Source: an uncultured bacterium
Lineage (GTDB): Bacteria > Bacillota_I > Bacilli_A > RFN20 > CAG-826
Length of the DNA stretch: 64,000 nucleotides
Direction of reading: 5' to 3'
Assembly (NCBI GenBank): GCA_949299335.1
Contig: CASGAD010000017.1
Span: 764 to 64,763, forward strand
Made by a program: the position numbers and the translations under genes. Under the pieces are notes generated by a model. That model was not told the origin of the DNA and did not search any database. It saw nothing but the letters and a program-made list of their open reading frames with translations. Shown in pieces: positions 18,817 to 28,621 of the stretch (within the stretch, counting starts at the first letter, position 1; the number at the start of each line of letters is the position of its first letter).

Positions 18817-21072
18817 ATGAATGAATTATTATCTCCAGCTGGGTCAATTGAAGCTTTCTATGCGGCTATAAGTAATGGTGCAAATGCCATTTATTTAGGA
18901 GTACAAAAATTTAATGCTCGTGCCTATGCTAATAATTTTTCAATTGATGAACTTAAAGAACTAGTGAAGTTTGCTCATTTAAGAAATGTGAAAATATATG
19001 TCACAATGAACACTATTTTATATGATGAAGAATTAGATGAAGCTTTTAAAATGATTGATGAACTTGCTAATATTCATGTGGATGGAGTAATTATTCAAGA
19101 TTTAGCTTTATTAAATTATATTGCTAATCATTATGATTCGATTAAGCCTCATATTTCTACTCAAATGGGAATAGATGATCTTTATGGTTCTATTTTAGTA
19201 AAAAAATTAGGCGCGACTAGAGTTGTATACGCTAGAGAAACCTCCTTAGAAACTCTAAAAAATATTAAAGATAATTTAGATATTGAAATTGAAGCTTTTA
19301 TTCATGGAGCACTTTGTGTTTCTTATTCTGGAAATTGTCTAATGAGTTCAATGATAGGAGAGAGAAGTGGAAATAGGGGACGTTGCGCTGGATGTTGTCG
19401 CCAAGTTTATTCTTTAATTGATTTAACTAATAATAAGAAAATAAAAGTAGGTTACTTACTTTCAATGAAAGACCTAAATGTTTCTAAATATATTAAAAAT
19501 ATGGATTTTATCGACTCTTTTAAGATTGAAGGAAGAATGAAAGAGCCAGTTTATGTAGGGGCAGTCACTAATTTTTATAGAAAAATAATTGATAACGAAA
19601 AGGTTGATTTTGAAAATATTAATAAAGTATTCAATCGTACTTATACTAAAGGATTTATGTTAGATGAATCTAGTGAAGATATTACAAACATAGAACGACC
19701 AAATAATTATGGCTATGAAATTGGTAAGGTAGTTAAAATAAATAAAGATACTATTTGGATTAGACTATTTAAAGAACTTAATAAAGGCGACCAAATAAGA
19801 ATTGAATCTAATAATCCTTTTGAAGAGATTAGTTTACCAATTAATAAATTATTTGATGCTTCCTTTAAAGAAGTTGAATCAATAAATAAAGTAGCAATTA
19901 TATCTTGTCATAAAAAGGTAGAGTTAAACGCAAAAGTGTATAAAACTAAGGATAGTAAATTTAACGATTTAATTAATGAATCTTTCAAGCAAAAAGAATA
20001 CAAAAAACTTGATATTACATTTAATATCTACGCAAAAATCAATCAAAAATTAGTTTTAGAAGGGATTTTTGATGACATTAAAGTCATGGAAACTAGTGAA
20101 TTTAAAGTGGAAAAAGCAATTAGTTCAGTCACTAGCAAAGAGAACATTATTAAGCAGCTTTCTAAACTTAATGATACCCCTTATAAACTAAATGAATTAA
20201 ATATTTCTATGGATGAGAATGTTTTTATCCCTTTAAAGTCGTTAAATGAATTAAGGCGAAAAGTTATCGAAAAAATTGACTTAATTAGACTAAATGAAAA
20301 AGTGATTTTAAAAGAAAAAAGACAAATTAATCCCATTACTAACGAGTTGAAACTTCCTTCAATTAGTGTAGAAGTTAGTAACGCTACGCAATATGAAATT
20401 GTTAAAGAATTAGGAATTGAACATATTTACTTTACTAACAAGGTATTAAGAAATAATCCTAGATATATTGAAGTAGCTTCAAATAAAGAGATTTTAATTG
20501 GTGGATTAGGCGCAATAGAAAAATATAAAGATGAAAATGTAGATTTAGTTAGTGATTATTCTTTAAATGTTTCTAACTATATAAGTGCAGGAATCCTTTC
20601 ATCTTTAGGAGTGAAGCGAATTACTCTATCACCAGAAATTAATAAGGACCATATTAATTATTTAGTAAGTAATTACTATAATGCTTTCAAGACTTATCCT
20701 AATTTAGAATTAATCGTATATGGTAAAACTAAATTAATGCATACAAAATATTGTCTTTTAAAGCGACTTGGAATGTGTGGGGAATGCAAAAAGAATAATT
20801 TTACTTTAAAAGACAAATTTATGGAATTCCCTTTAATGTTTAATAATGATTGTTCTATGACTATATTAAACGCTAAGACTTATAATATTATTGATGAAGT
20901 TAATAAAATTAAAGGAGTAAATTACTTTAGAGTAGTTTTTACTAACGAATCTAAAGAAGAAATAATTAAAGTAATAAATTCATTAACTAAAGTTTTAAAT
21001 AATGAAGAAGTAGATAAAACATTTGATGGTTCAACTCATACTAGAGGACACTTTTTTAAAAACGCATTATAA
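18817..21072 (+). CDS. peptidase-U32-family protein, long form with C-terminal extension (RlhA/YdcP-like architecture)
   Basis: MNELLSPAGSIEAFYAAISNGANAIYLGVQKFNARAYA plus the Cys cluster CVSYSGNCLMS...GRCAGCCR. 751 aa with a long C-terminal region carrying a second Cys cluster. Confidence 0.85.
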   Translation: MNELLSPAGSIEAFYAAISNGANAIYLGVQKFNARAYANNFSIDELKELVKFAHLRNVKIYVTMNTILYDEELDEAFKMIDELANIHVDGVIIQDLALLNYIANHYDSIKPHISTQMGIDDLYGSILVKKLGATRVVYARETSLETLKNIKDNLDIEIEAFIHGALCVSYSGNCLMSSMIGERSGNRGRCAGCCRQVYSLIDLTNNKKIKVGYLLSMKDLNVSKYIKNMDFIDSFKIEGRMKEPVYVGAVTNFYRKIIDNEKVDFENINKVFNRTYTKGFMLDESSEDITNIERPNNYGYEIGKVVKINKDTIWIRLFKELNKGDQIRIESNNPFEEISLPINKLFDASFKEVESINKVAIISCHKKVELNAKVYKTKDSKFNDLINESFKQKEYKKLDITFNIYAKINQKLVLEGIFDDIKVMETSEFKVEKAISSVTSKENIIKQLSKLNDTPYKLNELNISMDENVFIPLKSLNELRRKVIEKIDLIRLNEKVILKEKRQINPITNELKLPSISVEVSNATQYEIVKELGIEHIYFTNKVLRNNPRYIEVASNKEILIGGLGAIEKYKDENVDLVSDYSLNVSNYISAGILSSLGVKRITLSPEINKDHINYLVSNYYNAFKTYPNLELIVYGKTKLMHTKYCLLKRLGMCGECKKNNFTLKDKFMEFPLMFNNDCSMTILNAKTYNIIDEVNKIKGVNYFRVVFTNESKEEIIKVINSLTKVLNNEEVDKTFDGSTHTRGHFFKNAL

Positions 21073-21083
21073 GGGAGAAAAAT

Positions 21084-21926
21084 ATGGTTTATTTAAAAAT
21101 TGATTTATATGAGTACTATCATGTAGAGAGAAAAGAACACGAAAAAGGTTTTTTGACAGTGTATGCTAAGAAGAACTCTAAAGAGATTAATATAAATCGT
21201 CGATATCCAGGCATTATTGTATTTCCTGGAGGAGGATATGAATTTACTTCGGATCGAGAGGGAGAACCAGTTGCCTTAAAACTTTTGAATAATAATATTC
21301 AAGCTTTTGTTTTAGAGTATAGTTGTACTCAAAATGCTATGTATCCAGCTCAATTATTAGAAGGATATCTTGCTTTAAAATATATTAGTGATAATAGAGA
21401 TAAATTAAATATTGATATCAATAAAATTGGGGTAATAGGATTTAGCGCAGGAGGACATTTAGCTGGATTAGTTTCAAACTTTTTTGAAATAAAACATTAT
21501 AAAGATATTCTAGGAGAATTACCTAGATTTAAATTTGGTGCATATATTTATCCAGTTAATTATTATGATAAAACTAATTCTCATAGTCGTAGTTTTATTA
21601 ACTTAACTAGAAACGATGAGGAACTTATGAAGCGTTTAAGTTTTGAAGATGCCATCACTAAAGATAGTCCTAATGCTTTTTTTGTATCGACATTTAAAGA
21701 TAAATTAGTAGGTTATCAAAATACATTAAGTTTAGTTAATAAATATTCTAGTTTAAATCTACCTTTTGAAGTTCATATTTTTAATAAAGGAGAACATGGC
21801 ATTTCATTAGGTGATGAATCAGTAGAATTAGCTGATGAGATCTCATTAGTAAGACAAGTTTTTTCTAAATGGTTTGAACTTTTTATTAATTTTTTAAAAG
21901 TTAATGCGTTTTTAATTAGCAAATAA
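21084..21926 (+). CDS. alpha/beta-hydrolase (acetyl-esterase/lipase-like)
   Basis: Oxyanion-type FPGGGY and nucleophile elbow GFSAGGHL. GGGAGA lies upstream of the ATG. Confidence 0.8.
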   Translation: MVYLKIDLYEYYHVERKEHEKGFLTVYAKKNSKEININRRYPGIIVFPGGGYEFTSDREGEPVALKLLNNNIQAFVLEYSCTQNAMYPAQLLEGYLALKYISDNRDKLNIDINKIGVIGFSAGGHLAGLVSNFFEIKHYKDILGELPRFKFGAYIYPVNYYDKTNSHSRSFINLTRNDEELMKRLSFEDAITKDSPNAFFVSTFKDKLVGYQNTLSLVNKYSSLNLPFEVHIFNKGEHGISLGDESVELADEISLVRQVFSKWFELFINFLKVNAFLISK

Positions 21927-22098
21927 AATAATAATTTAAAATATTGCAATTTAATAAGTTTTAACTAACCAAAAGCTTTTATTTTTTTAAGTATTGTAAA
22001 AAATAATACAAAAATATTATTTTTGCGCCTTTTTTGTAAGAAATAATCAATACAATATTAAGATAATATAAAAAAATAAATATTTTAGTTAACTAAAG

Positions 22099-22128
22099 TT
22101 GACTTTTATATTTTGTTTTTACTAATAT
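22099..22128 (+). promoter_or_regulatory. sigma-70-type promoter candidate (TTGACT - 18 nt - TAATAT)
   Basis: -35 at 22099-22104 and -10 at 22123-22128, read directly. Located upstream of the structured leader and the lipoprotein operon. Confidence 0.45.
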
Positions 22129-22142
22129 AAGTACGTAAAGAA

Positions 22143-22204
22143 AGTCGCAATCGCCCCCCTAAGTTTACTTGAGTGAACAAGCTAAATAACTAACCGATGC
22201 GATT
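22143..22204 (+). promoter_or_regulatory. candidate structured 5' leader RNA (unclassified)
   Basis: A locally GC-rich island in an AT-rich spacer. AGTCGCAATCG (22143-22153) pairs with CGATGCGATT (22195-22204) with one bulged A. This encloses an unpaired C6 run and an inner hairpin TTTACTTG/CAAGCTAAA. A strong SD and a 5-codon ORF (22234-22251) follow. Confidence 0.3.
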
Positions 22205-22333
22205 AGTTTTCGTTAACGATTAAGGAGGTGGTTATGCCAAACAATATTTAATAATTTTTAAAAAATACTATACGAACATTAATTAATTATTTTTATTTTT
22301 TCAAAAAAATTTAGGTTAGGAGTTTTATTATTT

Positions 22334-24364
22334 ATGAAAAAAAGAAATGTACTATTATTCGTTCTTGCTGCATCTACTTTAGGTCTTTCTAGTTGTGGTG
22401 AAACAGATGTTTTACCAGAATCCATCAAAATTAGCGCTGAAGGAAATGCAACTTCAATTAGTGTTGGTGAAACTTTAAACTTTGAGGCGACTGTTCTTCC
22501 TGAAGGCGCCATTCAAGAAGTTGTCTGGAGTGTAGTTGAAATTACAGGGGAAGCAACTATTACAACAGCTGGAGTTTTAACGGCTACAAAAGAAGGAACA
22601 GTTGAAGTAATGGCTACTTCATATTTAGACAGTGACGTTAGAGGAACATATTCTTTAAAAATAGAAAAAGCAAAAGATATCGCACCTACAAGTTTAAAAG
22701 TTGTTAGTTCAACTACTGAAGTAAATATTGATGGAACCACAACTTTATCGGTTCAAGTAACTCCAGAAAATGCATCAACAAGTGTTACTTGGTCTTCATT
22801 AAATCAAGAAATCGCAACAGTTAGTGCTACTGGTGTAGTTAAAGGAATTAGTGCTGGCGAAGCTACAATTAAAGCAACATCTACTGTTGACACTAATGTA
22901 AGTGCAACAATTAAAATCACTGTTAATGAAGAATCTGATGTCGAACCAACATATGATTATGAAAACATGGCTTTTACAACTCATGATGACTGGGTTAATG
23001 GAGAAAATGATACACCTTTAAAATTTAAAGGAAAAGTTGCTCATATTACTGAAAGTTCAAAGGGTACATATAATTGTTGGGTCATGAACGGAAGCGAAGG
23101 CTACTATTTATGGGGTCTTGATGAAGAAAAACAAGTCCTTGAATTAGGAAAATCCTATGAAATTGGTGGTATTAGATATCAACATACTGATGGAACATTT
23201 GAAGTTAAAAATATTGAATATATAAAAGAAATTTCAGAAACATTTGATATTACAGTTACTGATATTACTGATAAAAAGCCAAATGTTTTAGATAATATAA
23301 GACCGTATTTAGGTGGAATGGTTGAAGTTAAACAAGTAGCAACTAGTGAAATTTCAGTAAGCGATACAAAGGCATACAATGTAGTTGTCGATGTTAAAGA
23401 AGATGATTTTACTATTAGAATTGATCCAAGTGTTTGTGGTGATGATGAATTTGCTAAGATTAACGACAAATTAAGAAATCTTCCAACTGGATATTTAATT
23501 GATGCTAAAGGAATTATGCACGCCTATGGTTATGGTGGCGCTAAACCACAACTTTACGTTGTTAAAGCAGATGATTTGGTTGTTCCAGAATTAAGCGATG
23601 CAGATAAGATTCAATTAGCAGTTGGCGCAGTTACTTTACCAAATTGTGTAGCCGCTGATGCAACAAAAATTGATTTACCAACATCTGTTGAAGGCTATGA
23701 TGTTACAATTAGTTGGGCTACAACAAGTGAATATTTTGATAATAATGGTACTAAATTAAGTACACCTGATAGAACAACTGATGCTAAATTTACTGCTACA
23801 TTCACATTAAATTCTGAAGTTGTTCAAAAAGATTACTTTGTAACTGTTATTGGAAATGAAGAATTAGAAACTGTTCATACATTTAATTTAGAAGATGCAG
23901 ACCCAGAAAATAATTATGGTAATAGTGTTACTAAACCAAGTTATGCTGAAGGTAAAGTTACTTTAGGTAATCCTCAAGCAACATGGAACTTAAAGAACTG
24001 CTTAATTAGTTCAACAGATTCAGATGCTCATGACGGAATTTACGGATTAAGAATTCAAAGTAATAAATCGGCTGATAAAACTGGACAAGTAGAATTACAA
24101 ACTGATTTTGAATTCACAACCGTTGATTTTGATTTTGCTACATATGGTGGAGATGTATTTGGAGGTACATTAATTCCTAAGTATTCAATTGATGGTGGTG
24201 AAACTTGGAAGACACTCAATAAGGAATATGTTAGTAATTCAAGAACATTAGAAACAATTAGAGTTGTAATTCCTGAAACAAGCACAACAATGAGATTCCA
24301 ATTAACATTCAAAGAAAATACAGGAAAGAGATTAAATCTTGATAACTTTGTATTCTATAAATAA
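22334..24364 (+). CDS. surface lipoprotein with three Big_2-type Ig-like repeats and further beta-rich domains
   Basis: Lipobox in MKKRNVLLFVLAASTLGLSSC. Three repeats follow the pattern VGETLNFEATVLPEGA...VxWSS...ATVSATGVVKGISAGEATIKATS. Confidence 0.8.
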   Translation: MKKRNVLLFVLAASTLGLSSCGETDVLPESIKISAEGNATSISVGETLNFEATVLPEGAIQEVVWSVVEITGEATITTAGVLTATKEGTVEVMATSYLDSDVRGTYSLKIEKAKDIAPTSLKVVSSTTEVNIDGTTTLSVQVTPENASTSVTWSSLNQEIATVSATGVVKGISAGEATIKATSTVDTNVSATIKITVNEESDVEPTYDYENMAFTTHDDWVNGENDTPLKFKGKVAHITESSKGTYNCWVMNGSEGYYLWGLDEEKQVLELGKSYEIGGIRYQHTDGTFEVKNIEYIKEISETFDITVTDITDKKPNVLDNIRPYLGGMVEVKQVATSEISVSDTKAYNVVVDVKEDDFTIRIDPSVCGDDEFAKINDKLRNLPTGYLIDAKGIMHAYGYGGAKPQLYVVKADDLVVPELSDADKIQLAVGAVTLPNCVAADATKIDLPTSVEGYDVTISWATTSEYFDNNGTKLSTPDRTTDAKFTATFTLNSEVVQKDYFVTVIGNEELETVHTFNLEDADPENNYGNSVTKPSYAEGKVTLGNPQATWNLKNCLISSTDSDAHDGIYGLRIQSNKSADKTGQVELQTDFEFTTVDFDFATYGGDVFGGTLIPKYSIDGGETWKTLNKEYVSNSRTLETIRVVIPETSTTMRFQLTFKENTGKRLNLDNFVFYK

Positions 24365-24376
24365 TAGGTAAATACA

Positions 24377-25840
24377 ATGAGAAAAACTAAATTATTTGCT
24401 TTATTAGCTATTGGTTGTTTACTTTCAGCGTGTGGAAATGAAGTAACCGAAGTTTCGCCAAAATCTATTGATGTTTTCAATAACGGAACAGTTATAAGAA
24501 AACTTGATGCTGAAGTAGGTGATCAATATACTTTAACAGCTAAGGTAAATCCAAGTACAGCTTCTCAAGAAGTTTCTTGGAAAATCAATGATACAAGTGT
24601 TGCTACAATATCTGATATGGGTGTTGTGGATATTGTTAAAGAGGGAGAGGCAGTAATTACTGCCACCTCTTTGATAAATCCTAATATCTCAACAAATGTT
24701 TATTTATTTGTTGCAGAACCAGTAGGACAAAAAGGTGTTGGTAATGGCTTTACAGCTGAAACACCAATTTATACTGGTAATGAAGGAAAAGACGAACCTT
24801 TAGAAATTTATTTTATCGAAGTCAGACAAATGTATGCTGATGCAATTTATATTAGAAAGGGTAATGTCGATATTTTAATTGATTCTGGTGAGGCTTATGA
24901 TGGAACTTATGTAAATCAAGTCTTAAAAGAGAAAATGCATGATAATAGACTTGACTTATTGATTGCTTCACATGGAGATAGTGATCATATTGCAGGCATG
25001 ACAAACGCTTTAGAAGGCATTGAATTTGTTTCTACTATTATTGACTATGGTGGAGTACAAAATGGTGCATTTGCTAGATTAAAACAAACATATATTGATA
25101 AAGGCGCAACCTATCATACAGCATATGATTGTGTTAATTTTAATAATGGAATTACAGATAAATATTATTTAACCGATGAATTCACATTAGATATTTTAGA
25201 TACAGGAAACTACATTAAAAACGATGAAAATGGTGGATCTAATCCAAATAGTGTAGCATGTCTATTCCAATATAAAGATTTTAAATTCTTTACTGCCGGA
25301 GACTTAACAACTGCTTCTGAAGCTTCGCTATTAAAAAGAGAAGAGTTACCTCAAGTCACATTATACAAAGCATCTCATCATGGTAGTAATGGAAGTAATT
25401 CACAAGAATTACTTAATACCTTAAACCCTAAAGGAGTAGCAATTAGCGCTGCGAGATATTCAACTAGTTATGGGATAGCTCCTAGTGATAAACCTACTCA
25501 AAGAGATACAAATTTAGGATTAACTGGTGGACATCCTTATGAAGAAGCCCTTGAAAGAATTTATAGTACTCCTAACATTATGAGTTCTCTAGATGTCCAT
25601 TGGAATGCTGTTAATGGAACAATGTGTTATTCTACTTATGGCGAAAATAGTTATACTTTCCAAGGAAGCCCAACATTAAAAGGATATTATGATTTATCTA
25701 AAACTAATGGTACTGGAGTTTGGAATGAAGAACTTCAAGATTTCGAAAATAGGGTAACAGGTGAAGAGAATAAAAAATTCCATGAAACAGTTGCTTTTAA
25801 AGCTAGAGGCTATGAATACATGGTTGAAGGCTTAATATAA
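24377..25840 (+). CDS. lipoprotein with one Big_2 repeat and a ComEC/Rec2-related metallo-beta-lactamase-fold domain
   Basis: Lipobox LLSAC, followed by a Big_2-like repeat. MBL-type motifs are present: ILIDSGE, ASHGDSDHIAG, FTAGD, YKASHHGS. Confidence 0.75.
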   Translation: MRKTKLFALLAIGCLLSACGNEVTEVSPKSIDVFNNGTVIRKLDAEVGDQYTLTAKVNPSTASQEVSWKINDTSVATISDMGVVDIVKEGEAVITATSLINPNISTNVYLFVAEPVGQKGVGNGFTAETPIYTGNEGKDEPLEIYFIEVRQMYADAIYIRKGNVDILIDSGEAYDGTYVNQVLKEKMHDNRLDLLIASHGDSDHIAGMTNALEGIEFVSTIIDYGGVQNGAFARLKQTYIDKGATYHTAYDCVNFNNGITDKYYLTDEFTLDILDTGNYIKNDENGGSNPNSVACLFQYKDFKFFTAGDLTTASEASLLKREELPQVTLYKASHHGSNGSNSQELLNTLNPKGVAISAARYSTSYGIAPSDKPTQRDTNLGLTGGHPYEEALERIYSTPNIMSSLDVHWNAVNGTMCYSTYGENSYTFQGSPTLKGYYDLSKTNGTGVWNEELQDFENRVTGEENKKFHETVAFKARGYEYMVEGLI

Positions 25841-25861
25841 GGAGCAATAACTAATTAAAGT

Positions 25862-25891
25862 AAAATGGTAGCAAGTGCTACCATTTTTTTA
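25862..25891 (+). terminator. intrinsic terminator
   Basis: AAAATGGTAGC, loop AAGT, GCTACCATTTT, followed by a T-run. Confidence 0.9.
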
Positions 25892-26038
25892 TAATCTACG
25901 CAAAAACTAGTTTTTTTTAAATATTTAATTTGTTAAATTAACTATATTAATTTGATGATACTTTTAAATTGAATTATCAGTATAAATAAGGGAAAATAAA
26001 GATAGTTTGATTTAATCAAAATAATATTTGGAGACTTT

Positions 26039-28603
26039 ATGAGAAACAAAATTTTACTAAATAGCGATTGGCTATTTAATAAAGATTGTGTCGATATTAA
26101 TAAAATCGACGCTTCTTTATTTTCTAGTGTAGTTTTACCTCACACTTGGAATGCTTTAGATGGACAAGATGGAGGAGGAGATTATTTAAGGACGAAAGCA
26201 ACTTATCTTAAATATCTTGCTATCGCTGAAGAAGATTTAACAAAAGATCTTTATTTAGAATTTGAAGGTGTTTTTAATATAACTGAAGTATATATAAATA
26301 AAAAGAAAGCGTTTACTCATAAAGGTGGGTTTCAAAAATTTAGAGTTTATTTAAATGAGTATATTCATTTAGATAATAATGAGATAGTAGTTTATGTCGA
26401 TAATAAGCCTAATAAAGAAACATATCCACAATTTGCAGATTTTACTTTCTTTGGAGGAATATATCGTGATGTAAGCATAATCAAAGTAAATAAAACGCAT
26501 TTTGATTTAAATTATTATGGTACTAATGGGGTAAAAGCTTTAATTAAGAAGGAAAACGATAAATGGAATATTTATTTAACTTCATTTATTGATAATTTTT
26601 TAAGTAATTATGAAGTTGAGTATAGTTTAATTGATGATACAAAAGTTATTAGGTCTATAAAAGTTGATAATCCTGATAAAGAAAATATTTTAGAGATTGA
26701 TTCACCGAGATTATGGAATGGATTTATCGATCCTTATTTATATAAATTAAGTGCAAGAATATTAGATAAGGATAAAATTATTGATGAGGTCGAATTTAAC
26801 ATTGGATTTAGGACATTTTATGTTGATAGTGAAAAAGGATTCTTTTTAAATGATAAAAGCTACCCTTTACATGGTGTAAGTCGTCATCAAGATAGATTAA
26901 ATAAAGGCTGGGCAATTTCTAAAGAAGATCATAAAGAAGATATTAAGTTGATAAAGGAAGTAGGAGCAAATACTATTAGACTCGCTCATTATCAACATGC
27001 CCAATATTTTTATGATTTATGTGATAAGTATGGGTTTATTGTTTGGGCTGAAATCCCTTATATTTCAATGCATATGGATGAAGCTAAAGAAAACGCTTTT
27101 AGTCAAATGAAAGAATTGGTTCTTCAAAACTATAATCATGCTTCTATTATGTTTATTGGCTTATCTAACGAAATAACAATGAGAGGAGAATCCCCTAAAT
27201 TAATTGAAGATCATAAAGAATTAAATGCTTTAGTTCATAGATTAGATCCTACTAGATTAACGACATTAGCTCTAGTTAGTATGAATAAAATTGATAGCGA
27301 AATGTGCCGAATTACCGATGTAATTTCTTATAATCATTACTTTGGATGGTATGCTGGCAAAGTAGAAGATAATGGACCTTGGTTAGATAATTTCCATAAA
27401 AAATATCCGAATATCTCACTTGGATTAAGTGAATATGGGGCTGAAGGAATTTTAAAATGGCATTCTACTTACCCTACACAAGGTGATTATAGTGAAGAAT
27501 ATCAAGCTTATTATCATGAAAAAATGTTAGAGATATTTGCAACTCGTCCATATTTATGGTCAACACATGTATGGAATATGTTTGATTTTGGTGCAGACAA
27601 TCGCGATGAAGGAGGAGTGAAAGGAAGAAATAATAAGGGCCTAGTTACTTATGATAGAAAGATCAAAAAAGATTCCTTTTATATTTACAAAGCTTATTGG
27701 AATGATGTAGATAAATTTATTCATATTACTTCAAAGCGCTTTATTAATCGCTCACATGAAAAAATTGAAGTTAAAATATATACTAATTTAGAAGAGGTAA
27801 GTCTTTATCAAGAAGATAAATTTATCGACACTAAAAAAGTTGAAAATCATATTGCCAGATTTAATGTTAAACTTCATGATGGTGAAAATAAAATAATAGC
27901 GAAATATGGACAATTTAAAGATGAAGCAACTTTTATTAAAGTAGAAAAAGAAGATGCTTCTTATCAATTAGACGATAATGAAGGAGTTACTAATTGGTTT
28001 GACAAAGATGGCAATCCAGTTGATTTTAAATATCCTGAAGGTTATTTAAATATAAATTCGACAATTAATGAAGTAAAAAAAGTTCCTCTTGGCAAAGCCT
28101 TAATAGATTTTGGCATGAAGTTTGCTATGAAAAAATTAGGAATGGGAGAAGGTGGTTCTAACGAGGATCTTTTAAACATGGTTGGTGAAATGAATATCAA
28201 AAGAATTCTTAAATTTGCTGGTTCAAAAATTATTACAAAAGATGTTTTATTTTCATTAAACGAAATTTTAAATAAAATACCTTTAGAAGTTAAAGATACC
28301 CAAAATATATATAAATCCTTTGCATATAATTATAAAGATGAGAAACTAATTTTAAAAAAACGTACAAATTATTTTAATATCAATGCAAAAGTAGGGCATT
28401 TATTAAATAATGAAATTGTTAATGGTGTTTTTAATTTATTAATGAATTTAAAAAAGGATGGTAAAAAATTAGTCAATATTTCGTGGGTAAAGTTAGTAGT
28501 TTTAAAACATATGAAAGTTGGAACGCTTTTAAAACTTAGTAAGAATTTGCCAACAAGTTACATTTACGATATTAATGATATTTTATTAGAACTTCATAAA
28601 TAA
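26039..28603 (+). CDS. glycoside hydrolase family 2 enzyme (beta-galactosidase/glucuronidase class)
   Basis: LNSDWLF...LPHTWNALDG at the N-terminus. Acid/base region SNEITM, nucleophile region LSEYGAEG, and WNMFDF are all present. Confidence 0.9.
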   Translation: MRNKILLNSDWLFNKDCVDINKIDASLFSSVVLPHTWNALDGQDGGGDYLRTKATYLKYLAIAEEDLTKDLYLEFEGVFNITEVYINKKKAFTHKGGFQKFRVYLNEYIHLDNNEIVVYVDNKPNKETYPQFADFTFFGGIYRDVSIIKVNKTHFDLNYYGTNGVKALIKKENDKWNIYLTSFIDNFLSNYEVEYSLIDDTKVIRSIKVDNPDKENILEIDSPRLWNGFIDPYLYKLSARILDKDKIIDEVEFNIGFRTFYVDSEKGFFLNDKSYPLHGVSRHQDRLNKGWAISKEDHKEDIKLIKEVGANTIRLAHYQHAQYFYDLCDKYGFIVWAEIPYISMHMDEAKENAFSQMKELVLQNYNHASIMFIGLSNEITMRGESPKLIEDHKELNALVHRLDPTRLTTLALVSMNKIDSEMCRITDVISYNHYFGWYAGKVEDNGPWLDNFHKKYPNISLGLSEYGAEGILKWHSTYPTQGDYSEEYQAYYHEKMLEIFATRPYLWSTHVWNMFDFGADNRDEGGVKGRNNKGLVTYDRKIKKDSFYIYKAYWNDVDKFIHITSKRFINRSHEKIEVKIYTNLEEVSLYQEDKFIDTKKVENHIARFNVKLHDGENKIIAKYGQFKDEATFIKVEKEDASYQLDDNEGVTNWFDKDGNPVDFKYPEGYLNINSTINEVKKVPLGKALIDFGMKFAMKKLGMGEGGSNEDLLNMVGEMNIKRILKFAGSKIITKDVLFSLNEILNKIPLEVKDTQNIYKSFAYNYKDEKLILKKRTNYFNINAKVGHLLNNEIVNGVFNLLMNLKKDGKKLVNISWVKLVVLKHMKVGTLLKLSKNLPTSYIYDINDILLELHK

Positions 28604-28621
28604 TTATAAAAGGAGAAACAT

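Noticed and set aside
26006-26020. Palindrome TTTGAT-TTA-ATCAAA 19 nt upstream of the GH2 start as a LacI/CcpA-type operator
   Set aside because: The 6-bp AT-rich arms are expected by chance in this DNA. It does not match the cre or LacI-family consensus (TGnAAnCGnTTnCA).
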